From: Lama guanicoe
Lineage: Eukaryota
Reading direction: 5' to 3'
Assembly: GCA_013239625.1 (NCBI GenBank)
Contig: MU054187.1
Coordinates: 124,001-188,000, forward strand
Length of the DNA: 64,000 bases
The translations under genes were made by a program, and so were the position numbers. Under the pieces are notes generated by a model. The model was not told the DNA's origin. It searched no databases and saw only the letters and a program-made list of their open reading frames with translations. This document shows, piece by piece, positions 26,811-38,898 of the stretch. Numbering within the stretch: the first letter of the stretch is position 1; each line of letters opens with the position of its first letter.

Positions 26811-28949
26811 ATAATACTGTTTTTGAAACAATTTTAAAATGTAGTGAGCTGAAGAATTTTATTTACATACTGTACTTAAAATGACTTTTCTTTATGTTAA
26901 CATAAGCAACATTGAGAATTAGCTGTACAGCAGGTCTTGAACATTTAGTAAAAGCTCTGAAATAGTCATTTAGTCTTATTTTCACAGTAATTAAAATTAT
27001 TGGAAGAAAACGTGCTTATGCTTACAGGTACAAGTGCACGTGGGTTACATACCTACACCTGATCTTCCCTGAAAGGAGCCCTTGTGCATTCTGGAGACCC
27101 CTGTCAACTTGGTTACAAGCACTCAGTGTTGTGCTGGAACACAGAGCACATTCCTTACCAAATGCAGGTCTAGAGACATCTCAACAAGAAACTGAAGCAG
27201 AGTTTTCATCATTTCCTTAGGAAGAACTTTGTGTAGGCAGTACTGCCCTAACTGTCAGAACAGTTACAGGGCAGGGTGGGCGGGCTAGGGTGCTGGTGAG
27301 CACGGACGAGGTGTCCTGTGGGTGGTTGGGGGTGAGCAGGCTCAACTTGCCCTCGGATGCTCCGTGCTGTCCTTCCCATTTTCTCAAGGTGGTCAGAGCG
27401 ATTTTTTGAAATGGAAGTCATATCACGTCTCTCCTCTGCTTCAGAACCTTTCAACTAATGTGCAGGCCTGGAGCTGCTGGGAGAAGCACAGGGTAGAGGG
27501 TAGTACCTGAAAACTGCGGGTGAAAGGGATTGGGGGACAAAAAGGTTTTGTGGAGACACCGCTTCAGCCTTCACAGCAGTCCTTTTTGTGCATGAACCTG
27601 GATTGCTATTCTTTGTTTTATTCTTAATATTTTTTGTACCTTCTTTTTAAAATTTATTTTTAATTAAAACTTTGGTATTTTATGATCACTGTAGAGTCAC
27701 ATGCGGCTGTAAGAAAAAGTAGAGAGATTTAGTCTCTCCTAAGGGCAATGTCCTGCCACACTGCCAAACAGTGTAAACCACAGAGTTACTGAAGCAGTCG
27801 CCATGCAGGACAGCTCCCTGCTACAGGGCTCCCTCACTTGTCTTGTAGGACTACCCACTCCTTTGACCACGCCCCTCCTTAATTCCTTCAGTTACTCATC
27901 TGTTTTCCATTCTTACTGTTTCTCATTTCAACAGCATTATGTATGTGGAATCACATAGTGTGTAACCTTATGAAGTTGCTTTTTTCATCCGCATAATTCT
28001 CTGGAGATCCTTCTGAGTTGTTGCCTGTGTCAGTAGTCCCTTCCTTTGCACTGCCGAGCAGCCTTTCCTTGTGTGGATGCACCACACTTGTCTGACCACC
28101 TGGTTAGGGCATCTGGCTATGGTGGGTGAAGTGAACGTTGGTGTACCAGTTGGTGTGAACATGTGCTTTCATCTCTCTGGGGTAAATACCAGAGTGTAAC
28201 TGTGGGATCTCCTAAGTAGTTACATGTTTAGTTTGTTAATGAACTGCACACTCTTCCAGACTGGCTGCACGTTAAACATTCCCACCAGCAGCGTGAGTGA
28301 CTCAGATTGTCCACATATGCAGCAGTATCTCATGCTATCACTGTGTTCATTTTACCTGTGTGTGTAGTGACAGCTGATGTGATTTACACGTGTGTTTCAC
28401 TGAATGATGCTGGGCGTCTTCCGACGTGCTCGTTTGCCCTCGTGTATTCTCCTGGTGAAGTGTGTGTGTGTGTATCTTTTGCCCATGTTCTAATTGGACT
28501 GTTTGCTATTTACTGTTAAGATTTGAGGCTTCATAATATATTCTAGGTATATGAGTCCGTAATCTCAGTATCTACTTGACCTTTTCATCCTCTCAACAGG
28601 GTCTTACACAGAACAAAATAGATTTTACTTTAATGAAGTCCACATTAGCAGTTCTTTCTTTTATGAATTGTGCGCTTCGTGCCAAGCTTAAGAACCTTGT
28701 GCCCAGCCCTAGATTCCAGAGACTTTCCCCTGTGTTGTTTTATATAAGATATGACACATATATGGAGGTTTGTTTTTTGTCTGTGGATGCCTAATTTCTC
28801 AAGAACAGTATGTTGAAAGGCTGTCTTTTCTCCATTGAATTACTTTTGCACCTTTGTCAAAAACAACTTGAATTAATGTGTGTGGGTCTCTTCCTGAGTT
28901 CTCTGTTCTGTTCATTGAGCCGTGCGTCTGTCCCTCTGACAGTACCATC

Positions 28950-29043
28950 TTTTTTTCCCTTTTTTTAATGGAGGTACTGGGGATTGAACCCAGGACCTTG
29001 TGCATGCTAAGCATGCACTCTGCCACTGAGCTGTACCCTCCCC
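28950..29043 (-). mobile_element. tRNA-Ala(AGC)-derived SINE (camelid Vic-1-type) inserted in L1
   Basis: Minus strand GGGGAGGGTACAGCTCAGTGGCAGAGTGCATGCTTAGCATGCACAAGGTCCTGGGTTCAATCCCCAGTACCTCCA plus A-rich tail; Pol III A and B boxes. Confidence 0.88.
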
Positions 29044-29983
29044 TCTCACCATATACTCTTGACTATGTAATGTCTTGAAATCAGGTAGATCAGTTCTTAC
29101 CACTGCATTCTTCTTTTTCAAAACTATTTCAGCTGTTGTAGTTAAATGTTGTCTTTCCATATAAATTTTAGAATAATTTTATATCTATGAAAAATCTTGC
29201 TGGGATTTCAATAGAAGTTATATTAAACACATCATTTTGGGAAGAATTGGCATCATTACTCTCTGAAGTCTTTCAGTGAACACAGTATGTCTGCTTCTTT
29301 GATTTCTTTCATCAGCAATCTGTAGCTTCATATACACATACATGTTTTGTCAGATTTACACTGGAGCATTTCTTTCTTAGAGGTTGTAAATAGCATTGTA
29401 TTTTTAACTTTGGGTGTCCATGCATTCATTGCTAGTATATAAAAATACAATTAATTTTTGTGTGTTGATTTTGCATCCTACAACCTTGCTGAACTCATTC
29501 GTTAGTCCTGGAATTTTGGGGGGTAAAATCCTTGGTAATTTGTACATAGGCAGTCGTGCCATCTGCGAGTAGGAAAAGAGTAAGTGTTCCTTTCCGATTT
29601 GTGTGCCTCTTATTTCCTCCCCTTGCCTCATTGCACTGACTCCAGCCACTGGTGCTGTGCTGGGAAAGAGGAGTGAGAGCATATGTCCTTGCCTGTTCCC
29701 AACTTAGGGGAAAACTTGTAGTCTTTCTCCACTAAGTATAATATTACCTGTAGGTTTCTTGTAGATAATCTTTATCAAATTGAGAGAGTTCCCCTTTATT
29801 TCCAATTTTCTGAGACTTTGTGTCATCAGTGAGTGTTGAGTCTTATTACCAGGTGGTTTTCTTGTGTTGATTCCTGTGATCATTTGATTTTTCTTGTTTA
29901 GCAGTTATCGTGAGTTAGACTGACTGATTTTCAAATATTGAACCCGCTTTGCATCCCTGGAATAACCTCTGCTTGGTCATAGG

Positions 29984-29986
<3 letters not shown>

Positions 29987-30018
<32 letters not shown>
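29987..30018. repeat. (TG)16 microsatellite
   Basis: Perfect TG run. Confidence 0.97.
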
Positions 30019-30021
<3 letters not shown>

Positions 30022-31039
30022 TTTTTGTTACTTATTGCTGACTTCTATTTGCTAATACTTTGTTACGAATTTTCACATCTGTATTTATAAAGCATCTGGG
30101 TCTGTAAGTTTCCTTTTGTGTGTGTATGTATTGTCTTTGTTTTGTTTTAGTATCTGTATGATTCTAGCTTCATGAGACAGATTGAGAAGCGTTCCCTCCT
30201 CTTCTCTTTTTGGAAATAGATTGTGTAGAATTGGTGTTAATTTGTCTTCAGACATTTGGTAGAATTCTCCAATGAAGGTACAGATGTAGAGACATATTTT
30301 GGGGAGCTTTTAAATTAAATTTTTAATTTTCTTACTAGTTACAGGTCTAGTCACGTAATTATTTCATATTCTCTGAGTTGTGGTAGTTTGTGTTTTCTCA
30401 AGAAATTGGTCCATCTCATCAAATATGTTGCATTCACATGTAGAGTTGTGTGTAGTGTTCTTTTACTGCCCTTTGGGTTTCTGCAGAGTTATGTGAGGTC
30501 CCCTGTTTCCTTCCTGATATCGGTAATTTGTGTCTCCTCTGTTTCTTTGCCAGTCTTGCTAGAGGTTTATCAATTTTATTGATTTTGTTCATGGACCAGT
30601 TCTTCATTTCATTGATTTTATCTTTTTAAAAATTTTCAACTTCATTGACTTTTGTTCTTATCTTTCTCTTTGACTCATGAATTTTTTTAGTTAGTTAGCT
30701 TCCAAATATTTAGAAATTTTCCTGTTATTTTTCTGCTATTAATTGGAAGACAAGAAGGAGTAGCTTTTGCTTTTACCTTAAATTAAAACCCAGTAATCGA
30801 TATGATAAAGTACAGACTCATGACACAGGGTTAGGTACACAGACAGGTTAAATTAATCCTTTTATATGTATATATTGCTCAGGTCAACTGCACATGAACA
30901 TAAAGAGGGGAAGAAAATAGCTTAAAACATCAACTTTGTACATTATTCTATTTGTTTTAGTAAAAATGATAAAAGGACTGACTTAAATTATTTTAAGAAA
31001 CAACTAGAATTACTCCATTCTGTGTATTTAAATATCCTG

Positions 31040-31189
31040 GCAGCCCCTCTCTCTCCCTATTCGGAGATGGCCCACATTCTGTCTAAGGAGTGTGTACCTA
31101 CTTTTCATCTGAGCACCCAACCCCCACACCTCGTGGCCTTTCTCTTGCCTTTCAATGTATCTCTCAGAATAAATCTACCTACCTTCACA

Positions 31190-31248
<59 letters not shown>

Positions 31249-31250
31249 AT
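31040..31250 (+). mobile_element. Polyadenylated ERV1-type LTR 3' fragment with (TAAA)n tail and TSD
   Basis: gagatggcccacattctgtctaaggagtgtgt...AATAAA (31168-31173), then tail from ~31189; 11-bp direct repeat taaatatcctg at 31029-31039 and 31246-31256. Confidence 0.8.
31189..31250. repeat. (TAAA)n microsatellite derived from the retro-tail
   Basis: About 15 perfect units. Confidence 0.97.
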
Positions 31251-32129
31251 ATCCTGACTGTACTTTGTGTTGAAATATATGTTGCCCGGGTTAAATTTCA
31301 AATGCATACATTCCATCGTTGTGATGGTTCAGAAATACCAGGTTCCTGTCTTCCAGCCCTTGGTCTAGAAGCCTCAGATGGTTGTGAGCTTATCTAGAGG
31401 CTTGTACGTAAACAAGTGATACAATCAGTTCCCTTTTTCTTATCTTTTATTTCTTCTTTGCTTCAACCTTCTCCACTCTGTCCTCAGGGTCATTATTTTA
31501 TTGTCCTAAAGCACAGATTTCAGAAGACATTGTATATACTCCTAAGGAACTAGAAAATATATTAGAAATGAATCCAGCCGTAGCACTCCATTACAAGAAA
31601 TAACCATTCCAGAATAAGAATGACTTTTGGAAAGAACTGAGGAAAATTCATCCAGCACGTATCTACGGATGCTTGTGTGTCTAGCACGCCAAGTGAGGTG
31701 AAAAAAATAGATGTCCCTCCAGTCTTTCATATCACCAGCATCTCACTGGGGAAATGAGTCCTTCTCCAGAAGGAAATGGGGGAGATGGGTGCTTCCCTGC
31801 AATGATGTGGTCTGGTTATGACTTGGTCCTTTCCCCATTTAGTAGCGTGGTGGGACATTCTGTACTCTTGGCAGCTGGGGTACACTGGGCTTGGATCCTG
31901 CCCGACACACATTGCATTGGTGTGGGGTCGGCGTGTGTGTATTGTTTGAACTTTGCTGCTGCCTCCTCATGAAGAGAGGCCTGTGGTTTTCTGAGGATAG
32001 CCTGTCTCCTCTCAGTGCACCAGGAGACATTCTTGAGGGGTTGGGTATCAAGGCACTCTGGGCATGTGAGTGTTTCTCCATTTGGGAAAAATAACAGTAG
32101 TATGCAGAGAACACGACACGTCTCTTAGA

Positions 32130-32260
32130 GCAAAGCAGTCAGGCCCAGTTCTCACCTGTCATGTAAGAATGTAACAGCTCGCTCTGCACCTTGATGGGTT
32201 GTTATGAGAACTGAATGGAGGTATAGAAGCAAAATTCTTAGACAAGTAGAGATGGCTCAG
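32130..32260 (+). mobile_element. MIR fragment
   Basis: cagttctcacctgtcatg...gggttgttatgagaactgaatg. Confidence 0.5.
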
Positions 32261-35200
32261 GCACGGTCATGAGTTTTATGTGACTTCACACAGGTAGCCC
32301 CTTCCTAAAGCTCCCTGAAGGCCACACCCACTCCTGTTACATCATCTCTTGTCAACCAGGGAGCTTTTCATCTCTGCCGGACCAGAGAGCACAGCTAATA
32401 AAATGGAACCTGTAGGCCTAGTGACCTCACTAGAGCCACGGCTGTGATCCAGAGGCAGGCTGACCTCCGGATGGTTCCGAGAGGGCTGTATGGGTGTGTG
32501 TGGGTCTCGGGGTCGTTCTGCACAGTGCTTGTCCCTTGAGGATTCCCAGCCTGCCTCCACCACTCTGCCCTCACTGGCTTCTGTCCGGGGGAGACACTGA
32601 GTCCCGTCTCGTGCTCTGGCTGCAGGGTGAGCAGCCTTTCAAGCCAGAACTGTCATCTGGGACCTAGATATTTGGGCTGAAGAATTCCTGGCTGTTGTTT
32701 TCTGGAACACATGTGTACTGTACTTGAATGAAGTCCTATGGGTAGATATTATCAGAGGATGCCCGCGCTGCATGTTGTAATGTAAACTTGTAGGTGAATG
32801 TTTAGGACTAGAAAGCACAGGTAATTATAGTGGTAGGAATAAAACTTATTAAGCTTAAATTAGAGCGTTTGCATGTCCCTGACCTTGCTACCTATTAGTT
32901 TCTGAACCCAAAGTACACACCCTAAAGTTGAATGGGTTGTTTCCCAAAAGTTCCTTTCTTAGAACTTGGACTGCATTTGTGCAAAGAACAGTGAAAGAAA
33001 TCATGGCTCCGTTCCCAGGCTAGCTCCCAAAAGTCTGTTTCACACTGATGCATTCTCGCATTTTACTGATAACGGAACTGCAGCTCCTCTGTTCCACATT
33101 CATAACATTATTTCTCGGAGAAAAAGAACTTTAACTCCAAGTTCAGATGCTGTGGATGTAGGTCCATGGCAGTGGAGAGGCTGGGGGGAAGGAAAGAAGC
33201 TGATATCTGGAGGCAGGCATTTCGTAATGAGTTGGAGAAACATTCCTGGGCACCGAGTCAGGTCTTTATGCCTCTCTGAGAGGGTCCCTGTCCAGGCCAG
33301 CACTGCTTCTCTTCTTTGAACTGGTAACAGAAAGGCAGTGTAGGGAGACTGCGAATGGCAGACATTGAGGAATGGTGTCTAAGTATTGTCTAAACAGTGG
33401 CAGATCTGTGCCTGTGTTCGGTTACTTCCTAAATTGGAGGCAGCTCAGAAACTGGTTATGTCAGTTCCAGTGTAGAGCAAGATATGTACCAAACTTTTGC
33501 ATACTTACTTGATTAAAAGAAGTCAGTTATACTTTACTTTGATTCTTCTGTTTCTCTGAATGAATTTCTAATATTCTTAAAAACAGAGCTCGTTTCTTTA
33601 ACTTTGATACAAGTTATTCATATCATGCAAATGTGAATATTATGTTTTGAGCTCAAGCAAAAGTTACTTCCCCCCAAAAAAGTCCCACAATGTCTTAATT
33701 CCAGTCAGATACCAACACATAATGGCAAATCAGCGTCACACTCAGTAACCGTAGATGATCATTGTCTTACAAACCCAGCTCTGGATAAGCACAAGCTCTG
33801 CTGTTTCTAAGCCTGAGGAGGACTTGAACTCCACACTAACCTTGTACCCAGCAGTGAGATACGCACTGGTGTGTCTTCTCTGTAGATTTTAATATCCTTT
33901 GTGGTTGCTGGTGACGTGGTTTGTTTTAGTCTCTGAGGAATGTTTGCTCTTGTTTGTTCATGTAGTCTGGCACTTGTTTACCGTGGAGTGTCCCTTGAAA
34001 TGATTAGCTGTATAATGTAAAAGGAAAATAAAAGTGATTTGGGTGTAAACAGGTGAAAAAAGTCACCTGTATGCATAGTGGATATTTTAAAATTATATAG
34101 ATTTTTTGAATAATAACAATTCAGTACGGAAAAATGTGTTGCAGTTAGCCACGTGTACCTGTGTTCTAGTGTGCTGACTAAAACTGCATATTACACTTTT
34201 CAAAAATAGTTTTACACTGCCTGGACATGACTGTCTCAGTTAACGTGAACATGTGTGCTCCATGGAAGCAGCTGCTGTGTACAGATAAGGCGACCTGAGC
34301 TCGTTCACCCTGTGTAGCTCCGGGACCCCTGTGACCATCACCTGATTGTCCTGTGCCTCCGCTTCCCCATCTATAAAATGTCTATGACGGTGCAGAAAAA
34401 CGATGGTATGTTCTGCTGAGGGACGGTGGTCCTGACAGTTGGTGAAACCTGTTCTCCGGGAGACAGGGGTCACAGTGACACCATCCCCTTGCTTGTTTGG
34501 AGTGGGTTGGAAGAGCCTGGGATAGAATGCCATGCTCGTGGGGTCTGGCCCCCTTTGTGAAGGAATAAAATGAAGTAAATTATGAAAGAAGTTTTCATAG
34601 AAAAAACTGCATGGTAGCATCTTGTATCTTCCACCTGGGACCCAAATCCAAGTTTTCTCTTTCTGATCAGGTTGACTTTCCCAAGCGCAAACAGAAATTG
34701 TAGTTGTTGATTTCATTTTATGTAACCAACTTCTGATAAGAATAACATTTAATATATAGTTGTTTGTTTAAAGTGAAATGCTTATTTCCCTTGGGGGAGA
34801 TAGGCGTAGATAAAACTTTCAAAGTGGTAAAGTGTCTTTGCTTATGTTTTGCTGACAGGCCACACAGCTGACACAACTGCAGCCGATCTTATCAAAGGGG
34901 TCATTCTTGGTGGCTGCACTGAAGAGCCTTTCGTGACTCCCCTGCTGTGAGCACTCTCCTGGACTCTGACCTGCACGGGTCTCCTGTCAGGGACTGCTGC
35001 TCATGTACCTATTGGATACTGTTACAGTCTTCACTATCCTTTCCAAATCTGTCTTTTCACACCCAGTACTGGTGAGCCAGTGGGCAGGCTCATCTCCGCT
35101 GATGGGTCAGGGCTCTCTGGCAGCCTCAAGTTAGCCATGTGGAGCTCCGCTCTGCCTCTTTGGGGTCCAGGCAGCCACACTGCCCTCTTTAGCTCATCCA

Positions 35201-37273
35201 GCCTGCAGCCCTTCCTGCATCTGGCGGGTCCCTTGGGAGTCTCACTTCCCTGAGAAGCCCTCCAGCGACAGCCAGGGAGTTCAGACTCCTTAGTAATCTC
35301 CTGGGCTTGCTCAGAGACAGATGTCGAGGAAGCCCAGTGTAATTGCTTTTACACCAGCGTTCTCATATGACTGTCTACCTATTAATGATTTTTTTTCCTT
35401 CTTTCTACTTTCCTAACTTTCCCAAGTTATCTAGAATGGCCATTTATGATTTTCACAATCAGATAAAACAACTTTTCTTTCTTGCTGCTCTCCTGTCCTC
35501 CCTTTCTGTATGTCTTGGGGTAATCTATCCATTCTTAAGTCTACAGCAGACCCCACATTTTACTGCTTGAAGAGTTTGTATCTCTGTGTGTTTTCCTCCA
35601 AAGAAATAAGCATTTCATTTTAAATAGTCCCTCTGGACTCTGCTATAAAATGAGCCAATTCTTTTGTGGCCAGGAGGTGTCCTCTCTTTTGGAGTGAAAT
35701 CAGGGCAGATGGCAGAGCAGGAAGTGCCAGGAATCTGTCCCTCCACCGAAACAGCAGTCTGAGGCCCTGCCAGACACCCCTCCTCTGCAGCCACGTCTGT
35801 GGGACCAGAGCCAAGCAGCTCTCTGGAGGACACACTGTCAGGAGGACCAAGTCTCCAGGAGGGAGCAGAAACAAGTCAGAGGAGAAACAAAGGACTGAAG
35901 AACTGAAGCCTTCAGATAGCTGTAGAGTCTGAGGGCAAGTTTTCCTTTTCAGGAGCACAGTCTCACTTTCTAACAGTCAGAAATTGGCTCTAGTCACTGT
36001 AGTGTCTCACGGGTTGGGGAGGCTCACCTTGGCTGGTGGTGTGATTTCAGCGTGTGATATGCCTGCTGTGGTTCTGCTGTGCTCTGGTTGCCATGTGATG
36101 CTCTGAGGTTTCTGCTGTTCTCGTTTGTCCTCATTTCTTTGTGGAAATAAGCTGTGCCATTCAGGAGAAGTTCACTTCTTCTGTAAAATATAGTTGTGAT
36201 CCCAGAAGGTTCTTACTCCTTTTATAAATAAAAACATGTTCTTTAACCAGTCTTGCACACTTACCTAGTTTGACTGAGGTTTGTCCTGGTTGATGCTGGA
36301 CTAAGGATTGTTTGTGGTAATTAAACATAGGCTTTGTGACTTGGATGGAGAGTATTTCTTGAACTTAATTTACTAGTTCTTTTATGTTAGTGTCAACTTC
36401 AGCTTTTTTGTGATCATTGTCTTCCCAAATTCCTTTAATTGTCATTTAGCATGAATACTTTTGTTCTGAATTTTGCAAATTTTGTACTAAAATTTCAGTT
36501 TGGGAAATTTTGTGGATTTTAGAAGAACATTTTTCAATTCATTTGTCTGTCTCCTTTTCTATTCTAGGTACACACTATTCAAATACTGTAGTCTGTCATA
36601 TTTTATTGTGTCATCTCAATTTTTATTTCTCCTTGTGAAGTCAAAAGGTGAAACCATTAAAACATTTTTTTACATATGAACATGGTCAACTTTTGTTGAG
36701 ATGACCTATATTGTGGATATATGCTATTACTAAAATTCCTTTTAAAGAATGCTATTACCGTATGCATTTATTCATTTTTAGTGATCTGAATCTATTTGCA
36801 GTTTATTAACTTTTTCATGTGAATGGTTACCATGGTATTTCTTGATAAAGTGGGTCTTTTAATCAACTTTATATCTCAGTTGGAGTCAAAAAGCTAGACA
36901 ACAGAACAAGCTTAATTGTCTTGACTGCTGCGACTCTTCAGCCTGGTCCGAGCCAGTTTCTTCTCCCACAGTCCCAGTGAGGATAAGTGAAAGTAAAAGT
37001 CCAGTTGCCGCCGCTGAATCCTTGCTTGTCTTGGGTGTTGTCCCTTCACCTCTGTTTCTAAGTTTCCGTTTTCTTTGAAAGTGGTCCCCACACTGAGGTC
37101 TGGCCAGACACCCTAGAGCTGAAGTAGGCCCTGACACCTGTCTATTTGGAAAATCATATATTTCTGGTTACAAATGATATGCCAAAGATTTCTCAATTTT
37201 GGTAATAAAAAAAGCATCATTTTTTTGTTTGTTTAAATAGCATTCAGTTGCATTTAAATTATTTTAAATGGTT

Positions 37274-37902
37274 TGTTACTGGAAAGATAGTGAGGCAGAA
37301 AGCCCCATAAAAAGACTGGCAGGACCCCTAGGCAGGGCCGCTGCTCTCTTACCACTAGCGTCTGGTTCCCCAGCCCAAAGGCTTTATCTCACTTTTTGCC
37401 TCTAAAGCGGCTAACTTACACCTAGAATTCTGTTGGTTCCCTGAGCTCACTTTCCTTCACTTCTGATTGGTTATTACTCTCACTCCTGATTGGTTATTAC
37501 TCTCACTTGTGATTGGTTATTACTCTTACTTCTGATTGGTTATTACTCTCACTTCTGATTGGTCCACTTCCCTAACTTCTGATTGGTCCATTTGTAGTAC
37601 TTCATTTGCATGGAGCCTCACTCATGATTGGTCTATTTCTACAAAGCTTATTCCTGGTTGGTCAACTTCTGTTGTACTTTATTTGTATAAGATGTTGCAA
37701 AGTGTAAAACTGGCAGCCTATAAATAGCCTGTGTAAACCTACAGACGGGGTCCAGAGCTCGAAGTGTTAGCTCGTGTGGGCTTGCGGGCGTAATAAACCT
37801 GAGTTCTCCAACTCTCCGAGAGCTGCTTGGTCTGTCGTCCAGGTCCAGGTTGCTGTCACAATTGAGCTGTAACGCTGAGCTGAAACACGTTTTTCTGCAA
37901 CA
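37274..37902 (+). mobile_element. Solo LTR (ERV1/MER51-like) with 23-bp CCAAT tandem array
   Basis: TGTT...AACA termini; seven GATTGG motifs; octamer ATTTGCAT; TATAAAT at ~37719; AATAAA at ~37792; ends gagctgtaacgctgagctgaaacac. Confidence 0.85.
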
Positions 37903-38049
37903 ATAGTATTTGAAAATTCTCTAGGATGACTAATTTTTATAAAGCCAAGGTCTTTGAAGAATAATACACATCATTTATGTAGACCATTTTAATGTATCGA
38001 ATACTTTCATATCCATTATTGCCTTAAAATGCTCTAACGTAAATGCTGT

Positions 38050-38190
38050 TACTCTTCTATATAGCACAGAAAGGATTCTGCTCACTTAGGTGATGCAGTC
38101 AAAATCATCTGGCGTCTAAGTGACAGAACTGAGACTTGAACCCAAATCTCTTGACTTCACTTTCCTGTTCTACCCGCTGTACCAAACTGC
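38050..38190 (-). mobile_element. MIR fragment
   Basis: ctaagtgacagaactgagacttgaacccaaatct. Confidence 0.6.
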
Positions 38191-38720
38191 TTCTCTGAAC
38201 ACAATTTTTGTACCTAGAAAGAAGCGTGGAATGGTGTACTTCAAGTTTCTAAAAAAAATGTGTTACTTACCCACTTGACTTGTGACACTGAGGATGAGAT
38301 GTGAGGGAGGCTCTGTTAACTAAGTCAAGTGAGGAAAATTGTTGGTCAGATTGTAATTTTCTGTGCATCATTTCAGCTGTGAGTCCAGAGATGTTAGGTA
38401 TAATTTTTATCTCCTTTGTCCTGCTGCATGGGGTGAGAGCTTTATTGTTAATTCGGAGAGAAAAAGCGAGGTCTTCCAAGTCAACAAGTTAAAGCATTAA
38501 CATCCCATAGCTCTCTAGACGTGATGGACCCAGAGGAGGAAGAGCTGCTTTTCTACAGATTCTGGCAAAGCCAGAAAGCTCCCTGAGACGCTTCCTGCCA
38601 TTTAGGCCAAGTCCTCACAGTGAAACAGGTGTTTTGTAGCTGAAAAGGGTGAACTTGAGAGGCATGCTAGGCACTTGAGTAAAGTTAGGAAGGTGTAATA
38701 GTCATGTGTGTTTTCTAGAG

Positions 38721-38898
38721 TAGTAATCCTCAAAGTGTGGTGGTGGGACCTGCAGTATCACCTTGGAACCTGTTACAAGTGCAAATGAGGCAGCACCACC
38801 CCAGACCTACTGAATCAGAAACTCTGGGCGTGGGGCCCAACAGTCTGTGTTTTAACAAGCCTGTGATTCTGATTCATGCTAAAGTTTGAAAATTTCTG
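38721..38898. mobile_element. MER5A (hAT-Charlie MITE)
   Basis: ctcaaagtgtgg...ccccagacctactgaatcagaaactctgg...aaagtttgaaaa; 8-bp TSD ttctagag / ttctggag. Confidence 0.92.

Larger units (their letters stand above)
27650..30745 (-). mobile_element. Old L1 (L1MC/MD-like) 3' UTR plus ORF2 remnant
   Basis: Antisense ORF2 peptides VFDKGAKVIQWRKDSL and NEFSKVVGCKINTQKLIVFLYTSNE. Confidence 0.9.

Noticed and set aside
28968..29043. Functional tRNA-Ala gene
   Set aside because: It has an A-rich tail, sits inside an L1 and has stem mismatches, all consistent with a SINE copy.
37458..37590. CRISPR-like array
   Set aside because: Contiguous 23-bp tandem units without unique spacers, inside a mammalian LTR.
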